This document shows positions 51,346 through 62,430 of a DNA stretch of 64,000 bases, piece after piece (within the stretch, counting starts at the first letter, position 1; every line of letters begins with the position of its first letter). Under the pieces are notes generated by a model, which saw only the letters and a list, made by a program, of their open reading frames with translations, was not told where the DNA came from and searched no databases. The stretch comes from Podarcis vaucheri (Eukaryota). The stretch is from assembly GCA_965113315.1 (NCBI GenBank), contig OZ220377.1, one strand, 5' to 3'. The position numbers and the translations under genes are program-made.

Positions 51346-51735
51346 TCACACCTTTGCTTGGCTGCTCTCAGAGGCTCATACAGCAACAATGCGGGAGGAG
51401 TGGGGATTGGTTGAAAAACCAGCAGAAAAAGGCCAGGCCACCACCAAGAACAGGTCAGTAGCACAAATCGGAAGTGGAGGAAGATCTGGGGGAGAGTAAC
51501 GGGAGAATCCTGCCGGTGTAAATAACACAATAGGAAAAACTTGGGCTTTCTTTACCAATAAAATGCAGCATTAAGGAAAGTCATTTTCACAGGTCTGGCT
51601 GTTCAGGTATTTGCATCAGCTGTTTATATAGTGAGGTTTGGGTACAAATTCCTCTTGTTTGGATAAGTGAATTTTCATGTAATGAGCATTCAGACAGCAG
51701 GACCTGCATGTATTGAGATTTCTGTTGGACATACT

Positions 51736-51904
51736 CAGTGGCGTAGCGTGGGGGGTGCAGGGGGGGCCGGCCGCACCGGCCGCAACATCTGGGGGTTAGG
51801 GTTAGGGGGCGCAAATCCACGGATAAGGGGGCGCAAATCCACGGGTTAGGGGGCGCAAATTACTTGCCTTGCCCCGGGTGCTGACAACCCACGCTACGCC
51901 ACTG
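51736..51904. mobile_element. hAT MITE with internal tandem repeats
   Basis: TIRs cagtggcgtagcgtggg / cccacgctacgccactg; perfect 8-bp TSD gacatact. Confidence 0.93.
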
Positions 51905-52906
51905 GACATACTGTAGTCGTTGCTCAGATGTATACTAGATGTTAGGACTAGCAAACATTCTATAGATGTGCTGAGCAAAATTTGCATATCCCAAAAACTA
52001 TTCTCTTTCAGCTATAATGATACATTGAATCTCTGCAAGTAATTAAATACACTAATGCTAGATCTACTCTACTTAATGAAGAGGAAAGCTTGAGACCCAT
52101 GCTACTCTGCAGTGTTCTCCTGTAATTATGTCCAAAATTGTTTTTTAATTATTTCATCTGCAGTTTATTTTGCTCCTCCCAGCTCCTTGTAAGCTAAATT
52201 TGGCTGTTTATAACACTCACTTATTTTCTCCTAGATGGATCAGGAAACTTTAGCTGAGTTGTTAGTCTTTAAGATAATTGGGCACTTACACTATAGAGAC
52301 AGTTCACTCTTAAGCACGCTCCACTTTGCTGTAATATGGGCAGGAATATTTGAAAGAAATTGCTTTGTAGAGGTGGTAGTGTGGTACAGCACAGTGCATC
52401 ACGCAGTCTCACCTCCATGTGTGTCCTTATTCGGAAAGGTGCTGATCACCTGTGCCTCAGTGATTAACAGAATTGAGATGCCTTTATCAAAGAGCTTTCT
52501 ACACCAGACAGCTCCTGATCAGATAAAAGGCTGCATGCAGAGAAATGATCTTATTATTTCAATAGGAGTTTGAAGGGCTCAGGCAGCCCCCCAGAATCAG
52601 GGCATATATGGCTTGAGAGGCATATAATTTGAAGCAAACAGCCAATGTTCAAGAGCAGGAGTTCCCAAACTGTCCACAATGTTCCCTACAGCTTTCAAAC
52701 TTGCAACATATAAATAAAAAAAGCATCAAGTCAACAGGTTATCTGGAAGGTTATCATTCTTCTATTGGGGCTGAGTAGCAAGCAGAGTAAAGTTATTATA
52801 GCTTACAGAGAACAACTTGTCAAAAATTCTCAGCATCAAAAATCCACACAAACAGAGAGCTAGGCAAGCTACAGTCCTGCTGAAACTAGTAGACTAAAGT
52901 GCATCT

Positions 52907-55900
52907 CCCCTTCATGGATCACTGCCTTGCTGTGGCGAAGGGGCTTGAATAACTCAGAGAAGCTATGAGCTATGCCGTGCAGGGCCACCCAAGATGGACA
53001 GGTCATAGTGGAGAGTTTTGACCAAACATGATCCACCTGGAGCAGGAACCGGCAAGGCACTCCAGTATCCCTGCCAAGAAAACTCCATGGACAACAGCAA
53101 CAGGCATATAAAAGTTAAGATGCTGGAAGATGAGCCCCTCAGGTCGGAAGGCATCCAACATGCTACTGAGGAAGAGCGGAGGACAAGTACAAATAGATTC
53201 AGAGCTGATGAAGCGGCTGGGCCAAAGCCGAAAGGACGCTCAGTTGCGGATATGCCTGGAAGCGAAAGGAAAGTCCAATGCTGTAAAGAAAAATATTGCA
53301 TAGGAACCTGGAATGTAAGAACCATGAACCTTGGTAAGTTGGATGTGGTCAAAAATGAGATGGCAAGAATAAATATTGACATCCTGGTCATCAGTGAACT
53401 GAAATGGACGTGAATGGGTGAATTCAGTTCGGATGACCATCATATCTACTACTGTGGGCAAGAATCCCGTAAAAGAAATGGAGTGGCCCTCATAGTCAAC
53501 AAAAGAGTGGCAAAAGCTGTACTGGGATGCAATCTCAAAAATGATTGAATGATCTTGATATGAATCCAAGGCAGACCTTTTAACATCACAGTAATCCAAG
53601 TTTATGCACCAACTACCAGTGCTGAAGAAACTGAAATTGACCAATTCTATGAAGACTTACAACACCTTCTAGAAATGACACCAAAGAAGGATGTTCTTCT
53701 CATTATAGGGGATTGGAATGTTAAAGTAGGGAATCAAGAGATAAAAGGAACAACTGGCAAGTTTGGCCTTGGAGTTCAAAACGAAGGGCAAAGGCTAATA
53801 GAGTTCTGTCAAGAGAACAAGCTGGTCATCACAAACACACTTTTCGAACAACACAAGAGACGACTCTACACATGGACAGCACCAGATGGGCATCATCGAA
53901 ATCAGATTGATTATATTCTCTGCAGCCAAAGATGGAGAAGCTCTATAAAGTCAGCAAAAACAAGACCTGGAGCTGACTGTGGCTCAGATCATCAGCTTCT
54001 TATAGCAAAATTCAAGCCTAAACTGAAGAAAGTAGGAAAAACCACTGGGCCGGTAAGATATAATCTAAATCAAATCCCTTATGAATACACAGTGGAAGTG
54101 AGGAACAGGTTTAAGGATTTAGATTTGGTGGACAGAGTGCCTGAAGAACTATGGATGAAGGCTAGTGACATTATACAGGAGGCAGCAACAAAAACCATCC
54201 TAGTGAAAATGAAATGCAAGAAAACAAAATGGCTGTCCAACAAGGCCTTACAAATAGCGGGGGAGAGAAGGCAAACAAAATGCGAGGGAGATAGAGAAAG
54301 ATACAGGAAATTGAATGCAGATTTCCAAAAAATAGCAAGGAGAGACAAGAAGGCCTTCTAAAACAAGAAATGCAAAGAAATAGAGGAAAACAACAGAATG
54401 GGAAGAACCAGAGATCTGTTCAAGAAAATTGGAGATATGAAAAGAACATTTCGTTCAAAGATTACCATAATAAAGGACAAAAGTGGAAAGGACCTAACAG
54501 AAGCAGAAGACATCAAGAAGAGGTGGCAAGAATACACAGAGGAATTATACCAGAAAGATATGTCTTGTACACCCCGGGTAGTGTGGTTGCTGACCTTGAG
54601 CCAGACATCCTGGAGAGTGAAGTCAAATGGGCCTTAGAAAGCACTGCAAATAACAAGGCCAGTGGAAGCGATGGTATTCCAGCTGAACTATTTAAAATTT
54701 TAAAAGATGATGCTGTTAAGGTGCTACACTCAATATGCCAGCAAGTTTGGAAAACTCAGCAGTGGCCAGAGGATTGGAGAAGATCAGTCTACATCCCAAT
54801 CCCAAAGAAGGGCAGTGTCAAAGAATGCTCCAACTACTGCACAATTGCACTCATTTCACACGCTAGCAAGGTTATGCTTAAAATTCTAGAAGGCAGGCTC
54901 AAGCAGTATGTGGACCGAGAACTCCCAGAAGTGCAAGCTGGATTTCAAAGGGGCAGAGGAACCAGAGACCAAATTGCAAACATGCGCTGGATTATGGAGA
55001 AAGCTAGAGAGTTCCAGAAAGACATCTACTTCTGCTTCATTAACTATGCAAAAACCTTTGACTGTGTCGACCACAGCAAATTATGGCAAGTTCTTAAAGA
55101 AATGGGAGTGCCTGATCACCTCATCTGTCTCCTGAGAAATCTCTATGTGGGACAAGAAGCTACAGTTAGAACTGGATATGGAACAACGGATTGGTTCAAA
55201 ATTGGGAAAGGAGTACGGCAAGGCTGTATATTGTCTCCCTGCTTATTTAACTTATATGCAGAATTCATCATGCGAAAGGCTGGGCTGGATGAATCCCAAA
55301 CCGGAATTAAGATTGCTGGAAGAAATATCAACAACCTCAGATAAGCAGATGACACAACCTTGATGGCAGAAAGTGAGGAGGAATTAAAGAACCTTTTAAT
55401 GAGGGTGAAAGAGGAGAGCGCAAAATATGGTCTGAAGCTCAACATCAAAAAAACGAAGATCATGGCCACTGGTCCCATCACCTCCTGGCAAATAGAAGGG
55501 GAAGAAATGGAGGCAGTGAGAGATTTTACTTTCTTGGGCTCCATGATCACTGCAGATGGTGACAGCAGTCACAAAATTAAAAGACGCCTGCTTCTTGGGA
55601 GAAAAACAATGACAAACCTAGGCAGCATCTTAAAAAGCAGAGACATCACCTTGCCAACAAAGTTCCGTATAGTTAAAGCCATGGTTTTCCCAGTAGTGAT
55701 GTATGGAAGTGAGAGCTGGACCATAAAGAAGGCTGATCACTGAAAAATTGATGCTTTTGAATTATGGTGTTGGAGGAGACTCTTGAGAGTCCCGTGGACT
55801 GCCAGAAGATCAAACCTCTCCATTCTGAAGGAAATCAGCCCTGAGTGCTCACTGGAAGGACAGATTGTGAAGCTGAGGCTCCAATACTTTGGCCACCTCA

Positions 55901-56120
55901 TGAGAAGAGAAGACTCCCTGGAAAAGACCCTGATGTTGGGAAAGATGGAGGGCACAAGGAGAAGGGGACAACAGAGGACGAGATGGTTGGACAGTGTTCT
56001 CGAAGCTGCCAGCTTGAGTTTGACCAAACTGCGGGACACAGTGGAAGACAGGAGTGCCTGGTGTGCTCTGATCCATGGGATCATGAAGAGTTGGACACGA
56101 CTAAACGACTAAACAACAAC
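52907..56120 (+). mobile_element. Full-length (about 3.2 kb) BovB RTE LINE, inactivated
   Basis: APE endonuclease (GTWNVRTM, IIGDWN, NQIDYIL, CGSDH) and RT (GVRQGCILSP, INNLR*ADD) in fragmented ORFs 53018-56112. (CAA)n tail. 11-bp TSD aaagtgcatct at 52896-906 and 56121-131. Confidence 0.97.
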
Positions 56121-58947
56121 AAAGTGCATCTAACTGCACACAGAGCCACAGAATGGTGCTAAAAGTTTCCTTTGGGAAGGGATGGAGAGAAAAGTTGCTT
56201 GATTGCCCTGCTTCCCAGCGTTAGCAAGGCATACTTTGAGAAGGGATTGAAGAAGGCATCCGTGTACACAAGGCACAGCATATCCATTGACAGAGTTATT
56301 TAAGGAGATCTGCCTTACTTTTTTCAAGAAAAAAGAATTACAGCAATCTTACTGTCCGGCAAGAATTCCCAAGAATGGGATATCAAAGACCTGACACTCC
56401 CTACTACTTCTCTGTATGGCAGATATAGCTTCTCTGCCAAAAGCAGCCAAAAGCACAGAAAACTGAGAGAAGACTCTGTGTAGTACAAGACTAGTAGCAA
56501 AAACCAACTCCCAAAAGATTCTGTATCAAACCTTTTAAAAAGGTAATATTATAATCCTATTGCAGTATCATTCAGCTACAGGCTGTTGAGCTTTTAAACT
56601 GTGGATTTTTCTTGTGTCTACAGTTTTGGAATAATCTAGTACATTAGTATTATAAGTTGTCAAACAGCTGTGCCAGGATGTTGACTCTTACCAGAGAGGC
56701 TCTGCTACTAAAACACTTGATGTAAGATTATTTTTAGCTTTTTTTCACTGCTGAATCATAAAGCTATTCTCAGAATTTTCTGCCAAATTCACAGAGTACA
56801 TTTATGAGGGTTTTTTTTTTTTTAGATAAAATTTGTTGAAACAGATGACCTGATCATCCACCATATGGCTCCATTGCGAAGCATTTTGCCCAACATTGTA
56901 TTTTGACTTCTATACCAGTAAAGACAGATAAAAATCACATAGTGACTTTTACATTGTTGTCAGAAATATAAAAAGACAATAGAATCCAATGAATTACTTG
57001 GAGATATATTGGCAAATAAAACCATCCATTGCTGTGACGATACTGAGACCCAAGAACCATGTGGGAGTTGAGCTAGCAACCTTGACTTATCATATTCTAT
57101 CTGATCTTGTAAGACAAACTGTTAAATATCAAGCATGGTTTTAAAAATACTCTGAGATTAAGAAGGATCTAGGAATTATTGTTGTGATCTGTTCTGTGCA
57201 GGGCAACAGGTGGACTATAAATAATATATTTCCATTTGAAAAGCATAGTCCGGCCAATGAAACGCAACTGAGTCTTAGGCATATTAGCAGTGGGGGCATT
57301 TATTGAAGCAGGCCCCTGCCCCACCCCAATGATGGTAGTCTCAGAGCTCTTGGTGGGCATGGAGCAGGAGCCCCCATGCTGGCACCCCCAGCACAGTCTG
57401 TCCTGGTGCTCCTCTCCACCAGGGTTGGGTTCTCCAATGGGCTGGGCAGCACTAGGGGCACCTGCTTTGCCCCCCTCAAAAATTCACACCCGGGGCCAGG
57501 CTCCCTCTGCCCCCCCCACATGCCATGCCCCTGGGAAAGAGACATTCTCCCACAGTTCGCTGACTGAGTAGCTGGGTGGCAGGTGCAGAGGAGAGTTGTG
57601 AATGTTTTTGCATTCTGTTCTTTGGACAGATCGGTTTCTCTTGGAGAAGAGTGTGTAATAGACAATGGCCCTGTTACAATGAACACTCATACCACAAGGA
57701 ATGCTAATACTTACAGCGCCTCATGTCTTCAATGACATGGGAAACGTTGCCTTTGAGCAAGCCCTAATTTAATACTACATATTAACATTGGCCAAAAGTA
57801 CTGCTTGTAATTATGTATGTAAAGTCCTATTAATTTCATTGAAACTTAGTTGTATATAATTGTGCCCAATATTATGACCATAGCTTTCTTTGATGAGATC
57901 ATAGATACTTCTGTAATTAAATTTCCTTCCAAAATACTTTCATGTACACTGAATGTAAAATTCAAGTAAAGGTTTTTCTACATTTATATTATTAATATTA
58001 TTTTCCAAGTCTAGATAATTCCATTTCACAAAACAGACTGAACTTTTAATGATAGACATAACTTCTTCTTTTTGTAGAGGTTTTATTTTTATCATAAAGA
58101 CCCCAGAGCTGCTTTCATAGAATAACATCAATAAAATAAAATAAAATAGTATAAAATAAATACAATTTTAAAATAATGTACAGTTTTAACCTCCAGTACA
58201 AACAAGGGTCCAGGTGGTGGTGGGGAATCAAATTTCATCACGCAAAGGCTTCAGAAAAATTTAATGGCAGACATTCCTAAAGTTTCAAGTGTCCAGAAGA
58301 GGGCACTAAACTGTGGCCTCTGTTGGTCTTTAATTTAAATACTTCATTAAATCAGTGGGAAATGGAAAGAGGAAAGTGACACTAACTGAAGGAAGTTAAA
58401 GACAAATAAATCTTTGCAGAATTGTAGCAATTATGTTTGATATGTCCTCAGCATACTAGCAAGCTGTGTGAGATTTTTTCTGGATAGGGTGAATCTGTAT
58501 GTATTTGTAGTTTTTTTCAGGGGTAATGTGAACTGACACATTCAGCAGCATAGAGAAAAGTAAATGAAAATAGAAGATTATTTGACTGCAGTTGAGATAG
58601 AAAGATCACTTTGCCCTCTCGCTAAAAGGGATTTCTGCTGCTGTATAGTTTATGAACTGGATTCATAAACTTCATTCTGTAGATACTGGAACATCCCAAA
58701 CCCAGTGAGGATTTTAGTAAGCTACATACCAAGACTGCAGCTTCCCTGATTAGGGCAGAGCCAGCTACCACACTGTGCTTCCATACATCCTGAGACTTGC
58801 ATTGGTGAGAATTTGAATAGGGCATCCCTGTGTGGATCATACTAAAGATAAGAATTAATGCAAAGATCACATTGGGATAGGTTATGGTTAGCTACAGGAG
58901 TCAGCTCACATAATTTTTTTTTTTAATCCCTAGTATGTTTTAAGTAT

Positions 58948-59305
58948 AGGGACACGGGTGGCGCTGTGGGTTAAACCACAGAGCCTAGCTGATCAGAAGG
59001 TCGGCAGTTTGAATCCCCACGACGGGGTGAGCTCCCGTTGCTCGGTCCCTGCTCCTGCCAACCTAGCAGTTCAAAAGCACATCAAAGTGCAAGTAGATAA
59101 ATAGGGACCACTCCGGTGGGAAGGTAAACCGCGTTTCCGTGCGCTGCTCTGATTTCGCCAGAAGCAGCTTAGTCATGCTGGCCACATGAACCGGAAAAAC
59201 TGTCTGCGGACAAATGTCGGCTCCATTGGCCAGTAAAGCGAGATGAGTGCCACAACCCTAGAGTCGTCCACGACTGGACTCAACGGTCAGGGATCCTTTA
59301 GCTTT
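58948..59305 (+). mobile_element. Sauria SINE
   Basis: gggacacgggtggcgctgtgggttaaacc head; 14-bp TSD tatgttttaagtat at 58934-47 and 59306-19. Confidence 0.92.
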
Positions 59306-60221
59306 TATGTTTTAAGTATGCACCTAAAAATGTAAGGTGGTGATGTAATGAAATGTGTTTCCATTATCTTCTAAGTACACATCCCAAGGAGCCATAATGT
59401 CATCATGGTTTTTCTCTGCTGTTGGGTCCCCACTCCTCAATTGGTGAATTGTTATTATATGTAAATGACTGTATAAAGATAATCTTAATATAAGCAAACC
59501 TTTGCTGCTGTAGAACTTAATATTTGTGCAGTCTTTTTAGAATTAGCTAATGTTGTTCCAGAAGGAATCAGCTGGTCATAAACCATGGCGGCATGCTCTA
59601 AAACTGATTCTCTCCCGGTCCCTTTAGACCTTCACAGCCAACACTTGTATGAGCCCAGTATTTCTGCCTATGCAGCTGGAATTGGAGAATTAAAAAGGAA
59701 TTAAGCAGAAGTATAAGGAATTCCTAGAACATCATCCAAACTCACCAGCTAGCTTCTCAGTAGGGGTTACCACTTGGCAGTCTCCTCAAGTTAAATGAAC
59801 TGGGCTACAACATGAGTGTGTTCAGCAGTGTAATCAAAACTACACAAGACTAGGTACTGTTAATTGCAAAAAGGATTCCCGCCTTCCGCCACTGGGACAT
59901 CATTAATCTTTGCAGAAAAGCTTCAGGACCCCTTTCACCCAGAAGAGTCCCAATGATGAGACAGATAAATTATAAAGCACCAACTCTGCTGATACCAGGA
60001 CAAAGTATGACTGTGACTGTGTGAGTTCTTCTGTCAGTGGTGAGAGTCAACATCCAGGATATTATAGCCTGCAAAGCTGTATGCTGGATGGTTTCTGGGG
60101 CCATTCTTCTTGTGTCTGCATGCTTAGTAACATGACCTTGGATTTGCAGTGATACCACAGCCAGGCTCAGCTGTTTTGTTCAAAACAATGAAATGTTGAT
60201 GGAGACATCCAGTTCATATGA

Positions 60222-60278
60222 ATCATAGAATCATAGAGTTGGAAGAGACCACAAGGGCCATCGAGTCCAACCTCCTGC
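60222..60278 (-). mobile_element. Extremely 5'-truncated young CR1 (3' UTR tip only)
   Basis: Nearly identical to the terminal ~57 nt of the young CR1 copies; catatga on both sides. Confidence 0.88.
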
Positions 60279-61183
60279 CATATGAGAAATGGTTGATGAA
60301 AACACACAGCAAGTAGGCTGCAAAAGAACTGCAGGATTGCTGTGACAAGCAGTGAAGAGCAGAACTGTGCAATGGATAAATCTCAGCCTCAAGATACTGG
60401 TTAGTGTTGCTGTGGCAGGCAGAAGGGAAGAAAGATGTATGATGGTAATGGACTTGGCACTATCATGGGCCTTGAGAAGAAGATGAATTTTACTAAAAGT
60501 AGTTGTATGTCAGCAGAATGGGAGCAGAATCTGCATCACCCTGGGAGCATCAATACTCATTATCATCCCAAATGCCAAACATTGGGCCTCTTGCTCTTAT
60601 TTACAGTTTGGCTATTATGATTTGGACAAAACAGTTCTCTCCCCACTGTGCTTCACTTTTGCCATCTGTTCAATAGAAACGATAGCAATGGAAAGAGCAG
60701 ATGTTTGCTGTATGTTTTCAACTTCTTAGGCTGAGTAAGAGCTCCGATAAGGGCAAGACACTATGATATAATTCTGCAGGAAATGAGCTCCAACCACGGG
60801 CCAAGCCAAGTGTGAAGTCCCTCATTGTTCAGACACAGAATGGATTTCAGCCCTTCTGACCTACAGTGGCTCACTCTTCCTTCCTTCTTTCCCACCCCGA
60901 CCCCTTTTTGGTTATTAAAGAGTTCTGGTGAGTCACCAACACCCAAGATTAGTGAATGAGTTGGCCATTTCATATCAAAGCAATAAGGATTGTAACATAT
61001 TCACAAGAGAGAGAGAACTCAATCTCTGCTCTGTAAGGCGGGATTGGGGAAGAGGGCAGGAGTTCATTGAATTCCCACTTCAGCAAGCAAGTGTGGGCTT
61101 GTCAGAGGGAGGCAGGGAAGCTTGCGTCTCATGCCTTGTTTTTTATAAGGTCAAATATTTAAAGGAATGAAATGAAATATTGC

Positions 61184-61325
61184 AGGCACATCCAACAGGT
61201 AGATCATGATCTACCAGTAGATTACTAGACATCTGTGGTAGATCACTGATAGATCACTGGCTCCCCCCAAAGCAGCTCAACAACTTTGACCTGAACCCCA
61301 AAAATGGGGTAGATCACTGCCAGTC
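61184..61325. mobile_element. DNA-transposon end with repeated tagatcact subterminal motifs
   Basis: caggcacatccaac start followed by several tagatca(c/t) repeats; other end not seen. Confidence 0.5.
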
Positions 61326-61331
61326 GCTGTT

Positions 61332-61457
61332 GAGTATGAGACTCTTAATCTCAGGGTCATGGGTGTGAGCCCCATGTTCCTGTGTTGCAGGGGGTTGGAC
61401 TAGATGACCCTCATGGTCTCTTTCAACTCTACAATTTTATGATTCTGTTATTCTATG
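61332..61457 (+). mobile_element. Short SINE: tRNA-Lys(CTT)-like head with CR1-type tail (Squam3-like)
   Basis: gagtatgagactcttaatctcagggtcatgggt..gagcccca matches tRNA-Lys(CTT); followed by gggggttggactagatgaccctc tail. Confidence 0.83.
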
Positions 61458-62430
61458 AACCCATATCAAATACCTAGCATTAGGTCAAGTCTCCCTTACT
61501 TACCGTAAATGTTCTTTGCACCATCATCACCAGTTTTCCAGCACATACAGTGCATAGCTTTGCTTCACCGTCATCTAGCCATTTTGGCAGAAGGGTTAAG
61601 AACATAAGATGAGCTAATGTCCCATCTAGTTCACCATCTGTTTTGTCACCTGGGCAGGTAAGGTCACGCCCATCTCTAGTCACATGCAGAGGAAGTTTGT
61701 CCCAGCCCAGGAGGAAACAGGAAGTTTTCTACTGGCTGAACCAAGCATCCCCTTGCATGTCCACTCTAGGAATGAGGACTTGACTGCTGTGTTTCACATC
61801 CCACACTTACTCCCCACATCCCAGTCAATTTTTCCAGCTTCCATGGAAACGTAGAGATTGATAAGAGGCTGGATGCATCCTTAAACTGGAAAGTGGTCTG
61901 TTGAGTATAAACATGTTTACTATTTGATGGCACTGGTTAGGTTTTTATCCTCAGCTCCATTTGTAATTAGTGATTGTCGGGACTAGGCCAAGACTCTGAG
62001 AAGCCATATTTGAATCCACACCCATGAGGGTCTTTCTCAACTAAGGGATTGGGTTTTCTTTTGCTGAACTGGAGAGATGAAGCTGCCAGTGCATGCAGAG
62101 GATGCTGCACTATTGACCGGGCAAGAGCAGAAAGCCAAACACATCGTATTTATTTTATTCTTAGCCAACATTGCCTGTCGGTCAAAGGGGCTAATGCTGG
62201 AACTCCTATTTCCAAGTGCTATGCCTCTGAGGTGTGTGAGGCATGAACCAACACATTCCTAGGGGGCCTACTAATCTAAACTCCAGTCCAATTTTGAATC
62301 CCCTATAGTAGTAAGTACCCTTTTATAGTACACAAAGTGCTGGTCCGCCCAGTGAATTTTATAGATTATTAGGGGCTTTCAATGAAAACTCAGGTGTCCA
62401 AACTAAGCAATCTCTCTGCAATACCACATT

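Noticed and set aside
50806-51414. 202-aa plus-strand ORF
   Set aside because: Antisense shadow of the GC-rich AEBP2-like fragment plus an adjacent repeat.
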